Shown here: positions 59,116 to 64,000 of the stretch, one piece after another
How positions within the stretch are numbered: position 1 is the first letter of the stretch
Layout: every line of letters begins with the position of its first letter
Source of the DNA: Rebecca billardiae RCC1528
Lineage: Eukaryota > Protista > Haptophyta
DNA: 64,000 nt
Direction: 5' to 3'
NCBI GenBank assembly: GCA_965240325.2
Contig: OZ251226.1
Coordinates: forward strand, 2,418,001 to 2,482,000
Program-made: the position numbers and the translations under genes
Notes under the pieces: model-generated
The model's database searches: none
Told to the model about the DNA's origin: nothing
Seen by the model: the letters and a program-made list of their open reading frames with translations, nothing else

Positions 59116-59516
59116 CGTGCCTGTACCCGGGGGAAGCGCCCTACCACTGCGCTGGCCGCGCCCCCCCGCCGCGAGAGCGCGCCGTCAAGGGGGCGGCGGC
59201 GGGCAAGGATGGCAGCCCCCGCCAGCCCTCCTGCCCTTTGATCACCCGGTCGGGGCTTGTGAAATATCTCCCGGGCCAGTCGATTAGAGGAGATATTCTG
59301 TTACGTTGGGACTTGGGAGATCGCATGGCGCTCGCCATCGCTCCAGATGACTGATGCCAGTATGGGGGTAGAAGACGAAACGCGATCGGAAGCATGCATG
59401 GGCTGCATGGCCGCCGGTGAGTCGTGTGCCCTTCCTGGGGGATGCTCAGGCTACGGCTCGCCGGCCTCTTGGACTTCAAATCAAGCTGACTGCTACAAGA
59501 GCCGAGCCGGGGCAGC

Positions 59517-62500
59517 TCATTCCGGGTGCATGAGGAGCGCGACGCCGGCGAGGATCCACACGCGGGGGGGCGCTGCCGACGGCAAGACGGCGGTGAACTG
59601 GTAGGTCGGGCCTCGCACGGTGGACGTGTACACGGGGCACTCGTAGCTCTGCTGCGCGGGCACCGCCTCCGCGGCAGTCATGCCCTTGATGTGGATCACG
59701 GGCATGAGCGAGTGCAGCTCCTTGCTCTTGGACGGCACGATCGAGGCCGCCTCGAGATCCCAGCGCGCGCCCTCGATGTACAGACCGTGCGTGTACGTCC
59801 CTTCGTCGGGCTGCTCCGTGACCTGCGGGCCGGCGGCGGGCGGGGCGCGCGGCCGATGGCTCGGCGTGAGCGTCGCGTCGGCCTGCGCGCAGCGCGGCGG
59901 CGGCGCGAGCGGGCGGCTGCCGCGCGCGCGCGCGCGCACCTGCTCATGCATGAAGGGCAGCACGGTGGTCACGACAGTCATGGAGTCCAGTGGCACACCC
60001 TTGGCGCGCGCCGTCACCTGCAGGCATGCCGTCACGTAGCCCATCGGGTTGTACAGGCCGCTCAGCCACACGGACGGCTGCGCACGGCGCACGGGGCGGG
60101 GTTTGGGGGGCGGCGCGAGGCGGCGAGCCGCGGCCTGAGCGGGGCGCGCGCGGAGCCGGGTGGCGCGCAGCGGCCGGCGCGGCCCGCCGCGGCGCGCATT
60201 GCGCACGCACGCGCGCGCGCGCACCGGCAGCCTGTTCGGGTCGCGGCTCCACTCGGCGAGCTGCTTGTCGCGCAGGTTGAGGTCTGCGGACCACGAGAGC
60301 AGCGGCTTGCGGTTGTACGAGCCAGTCGGGCCCATCTGGCCGCACGCCTCGAGCCAGCCCGGCGGCACCGCGTTTGCGTACAGCGAGGCGGAGAGGGCGT
60401 CCATTGCGTCCGACACGTTGAGCGCGCCGGTCAGCGCGAGCTCGAGCTCGGCGAGCTCGCGCTTGACGAGCGCGAGCAGGTGGTTCATCCGCTGCAGCTC
60501 CTGCAGCAGGCACACCGTGTACGGCGCCGCGCGGTCGGCGACCTTCGCCTTCACCTCGTCGAGCGAGCGCGCGTGCGGCTGCTTCATCTGCAGCTCCGTG
60601 AGCACCTGCAGCACGCGCGCCTCGCGCGCGCTCGCCTGCCCGCTGCTCGAGCCGCCCGGCGCCGCGCTCGTCGGCCGGCCGCTCGTGGGGCGCGCGCTCG
60701 CGGGCCGGGCGCCGGCGTGGGCGGCCGAGCCCGCGCCGACCCCGCCCACGCCGCCGCCCGCGCCCGCGCCCGAGAGCAGCAGGATCGAGCGGAACAGGCT
60801 GTCTGCCTGCGAGATGAGCAGCCCAATCTCCGCGTTGGTGTGCAGGCCGAAGAGAGCGGGCGTCTCTGGCGGCACGCGCTCCGAGACGTGCGCGCGCGCG
60901 TCCGCGTACGAGCCGTGCCAGAAGGAGCGCACGCCGGGCGCGAGCTCAAAGTCGTGCTGCTGCTCGAACAGGCCGTGGTCGAGCAGGTGCGAGAGGTACG
61001 CCGAGGTGCACCTGCGGTCCCAGGGGTCGGTGATGTGGCCGCCGTACCTGCGCGCCACCCCACCCCAGCCCAGCCCACCCCAGCCCAGCCCAGCCCAACC
61101 CACCAACCCGCCAGTCCGTGCGGGGGAGGCGCGTGCGGGGCGTGCGCGGACGGCGGTGAGCGCGCGGGCGCGCGCGCGCGCGCGCGGTGCGCCCGGCCGC
61201 CCAAGGCGGGCGGGTGGGCGACGGGAGGCTGGGCGCTCGCGCCGCGCCGCGCTCGCTCGCGCGCGCCGCCGCGCTCGCGCTCGCTCGCGCGCGGCGCGCA
61301 CATGATGTCTCCGACCATGTACCGAAGGTCCGACCACGGCACCTGCTGCTCAGCCTCGACGTAGTTGGCGAGCACGCTCGCGGACACGCCAAAGTCGCCC
61401 GCGGAGAACGGGTACTTGCGCGAGAAGCCGAGCGCGCCGAAGCGCCGCCGGCCGAGCACGAGCGCGTGGAAGAATGAGAGCGCGAACACGATCGGCTTGA
61501 ACACCTCCGGCTTGGTCGAGCCCTCGAACGCGTGCTCGCCCACCACCGCGAGGGCGAAGCGCATGTTGGCCTTCAGGTCTGCGGGCGGCTCGTTGGCGAT
61601 CTTGATGGACGATTGGAGGATCGACTGCGCGCGCGCACGCGCGGGAGCGCGCGCGCACGAGGGCGGTTCAGAGCGAGCAGAGCGCGCGGCGCTCAGGGCG
61701 CGGAGCGCGCGCACACACGCGCACGGGCACGCCCACTGGCGCTTTGCGCGCGCACCTCGGGGATGGTGTGCATCGTGGGCAGCGGGGGCGGCTCTGCGGA
61801 GAGGAAGACTCGGAAGTCGGAGTGCCCGCTCTCGGCGATCGTCTCGAGCTGCTTCTCGAGCGTGGGCAGCCACGACTGCATGAGGTGCACGTTCTGCAGG
61901 AACACCCAGCCGCCGCGCGCCGCGTAGTCCTGCAGCGTGCGCTCGGCGTGCCGCTCCTGCCCCTGCCCCATCGAGATCGAGACGTACGTGCCCTTCTCGA
62001 CGGTGAAGCCGAGCTCGCGGCCGAGCTTCTCGATGTCCGCGCCGGGGTCGACGCCGGGGAAGAGGATGAAGAGCAGCGGCATCGACGACGTCGAGTCGCC
62101 GAAGCAGTCGAGCAGCTGCGTCGCCTCCTCCGCCACGAAGCGCTGCCCGAGCCGCTGCCCGACCGCGCGCTTGAGCGCGGACACGATCCGGTCGGGCCGG
62201 AGCGCGCGCAGCAGCACGAGGCGCTGCAGCATGCTCAGCTTGGCCCAGTCGGGCGGCAGCGGCTCCTGCTCCGGCGCCGCCGCCTCCACCCACTCGCTCC
62301 ACGCCGTGTCCGACAGCTCGAGGTCGTCGGGCAGCGTGCGGAACGGCTCGAGCTCGCGCAGCGCGCACGCGGCCGCCCACTGCTGCTCGCTTAAGTACTC
62401 CGAGCACTTGTCCGTCATCACGGGGAGGTGCGCGGGGGGGCGGACGCCCTCGACGAGCGCGGCGTACTCCGGCTCGACGAGCTCGGCCGACGCGCGCATC

Positions 62501-64000
62501 ACCTTGAACAGCAGCTGCGCCGCGACGATCAGCTTGTGCGACTCGAAGAGGCCGCGGCGCGCGTGCGCAAACACGCCGTATGTGATCTCCTCCGTCAGGC
62601 TGCGCACGCGCTCGACCAGCTGCTCGGGGTTCATCGAGACGGCGATGGTCTTGCGCGCGTCGATGCGGTCCCAGAGCGGGTTGGAGCGCTTCTGCTTCTC
62701 CTTCAGGTTGGGCAGGATCTGCTTGAGCAGCGACGACTCGGACGCCTTGAACTTGCGCTTCTGCCCGGTGAGCGCCTTCTCGAACACAACGAGGAACGCG
62801 TTGAGCGAGTGCTGGAAGAAGGAGTGCAGCATCGGCAGCTCGGCGAGCAGGAAGAAGACGAGCGAGCCGCGCGCGGCGACGGCGCGGTACGCCTCGCGCG
62901 CCTCGTTGATCGACAGCTCCGTCTGCTGCGAGACCGCCACCTTCTCCGCGATCGACGTCGCCACCTTCTTGGACGCCTCCAAGTTCTCGATCAGCGTGAG
63001 GTTCTCGAGGACGTCGCCCTCGGCCGAGGCGAGCTGCGCGAGGATCGAGTCCTCGAGGTCCTTCACCTTGGACTTGTACCCGTTCTGCTCGCGGATGAGC
63101 ACGAGCTTCTGCTCCTCCAGGTCCGGCCGCTCCTTCGACACGGTGAGCGCGAGCAGCTGGTCCTCCAGCCCGTCCTCCGTCACCATGAAGTTGACGAGCG
63201 TCGTCTCGGCCTGCAGCTCTGGCGGGTAGTGCGGGTTGGTCAGCTTCGTCTGCAGGTACAGCCGGAAGTCGGCGTGGAACTCGACCTCCTTCTCGCCGAG
63301 CTTGATGTACTGCGTGCGCCCGCGCCGGATCGTCTGCCGCCCGACGAGCGGCGCGAGCACCGCGTCCACCGCCGTGCCGGGCAGGTTCTCGATCACGAGC
63401 GGCTTGCCCGCCGCCACCGCCTCCTCGAGCGCCGCGAGCGTGCTCGCGCCGTCGAGCCGCACAACCTTCACGCGCCGCTCCTCCTCGCGCTTCTTGATCC
63501 ACGTGATGCCCTGCAGCTGCGGGTCGATCATGAGCGGCCAGCGCGCCGAGTTGCACACGATCGCGCCGTTCTCTGCGGAGACGCGGTCCGTGGGCAGGTT
63601 CTCGTTGCCCCACTGCGCGATCTCCGCGTCGGTGGTGAGGATGGCGAGCGGGTCGGCCGCGTCCGACATCGGAATGGCGCGCGCCGGGTCGCGCAGAAAG
63701 GGGACGAAGGTCTCGTCGATCAGCGCGTGGCGGTACCGCTTGTTGAAGCAGCCGGCGTACGAGACGAACGCCGCGGCGAGGAGCACGTCGCCCACCAGCC
63801 GCTGCTGCTGCTCCCTCAGCGCGACGATCGCCGCGCGCCACCGCTCGCCCTCCTGCCCGAGCGAAGCCATCAGCCGCGACGCGAGCGCGAGCTTGCGAGA
63901 GCACATCTCGCCCTCGGCGATCACGGCGTCCTTCTCGACGAGCGCGGCCTCGTACAGCGCGGTGAGGTCGCGCATCATCCCGTCCGCCTCGGCCGCCTTC
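59517..64000 (-). CDS. Axonemal dynein heavy chain, C-terminal part (outer-arm DNAH9/11/17-like); 5' part lies outside the window
   Basis: RWPLMIDPQLQG, NPHYPPE, SMGQGQE, GGWVFLQNVHL, YGGHITDPWDRR, YECPVY..RGPTY, WILAGVALL; at least four GT-AG introns. Confidence 0.96.

Noticed and set aside
1-64000. Autonomous transposase, reverse transcriptase, Fanzor/TnpB or viral genes
   Set aside because: No DDE, RT, YR, HUH, RuvC or capsid motifs recognised in any ORF; highly decayed remnants cannot be excluded by eye.

Overview
Very GC-rich eukaryotic nuclear DNA. Genes carry short GC-rich GT-AG introns (often starting gtgcgcgc), several proteins have signal+transit (secondary plastid) presequences, and flagellar genes plus a nickel SOD are present. 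This points to a flagellated alga with a secondary plastid, plausibly a Pavlovales-type haptophyte (inference, not verifiable here). About 20 protein-coding genes, many in tight head-to-head pairs: Mpv17/PMP22, ATP-grasp ligase, small thylakoid-lumen-type protein, DDT/WHIM/Tudor chromatin protein, dienelactone hydrolase, S4-RlmN, PAP/fibrillin, GST, TRMT2A, a stand-alone IFT144-like propeller, AsnRS, PhyH, NiSOD, FKBP, UQCC1/Cbp3, dynein LIC-like, syntaxin-5, kinesin-8 and the 3' part of an axonemal dynein heavy chain. The spacers hold many non-autonomous mobile elements: two ~1.1-kb foldback elements (7-bp and 10-bp TSDs), a GGCTCC..GGAGCC TIR family with 4-bp TSDs, a GGC-ended TIR element next to sodN, a MITE, a tRNA-derived SINE family, and an A1-body-B1-A2-B2 split-repeat element containing five 64-bp covarying hairpins. 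No transposase or RT gene was recognised. Most notable: (i) non-coding DNA is pervasively peppered with 2-17-nt micro-duplication/filler insertions; (ii) the split-repeat/hairpin-array element; (iii) a tandem pair of small Cys-rich aegerolysin/actinoporin-like genes with patchy amino-acid hypervariability but near-identical introns.
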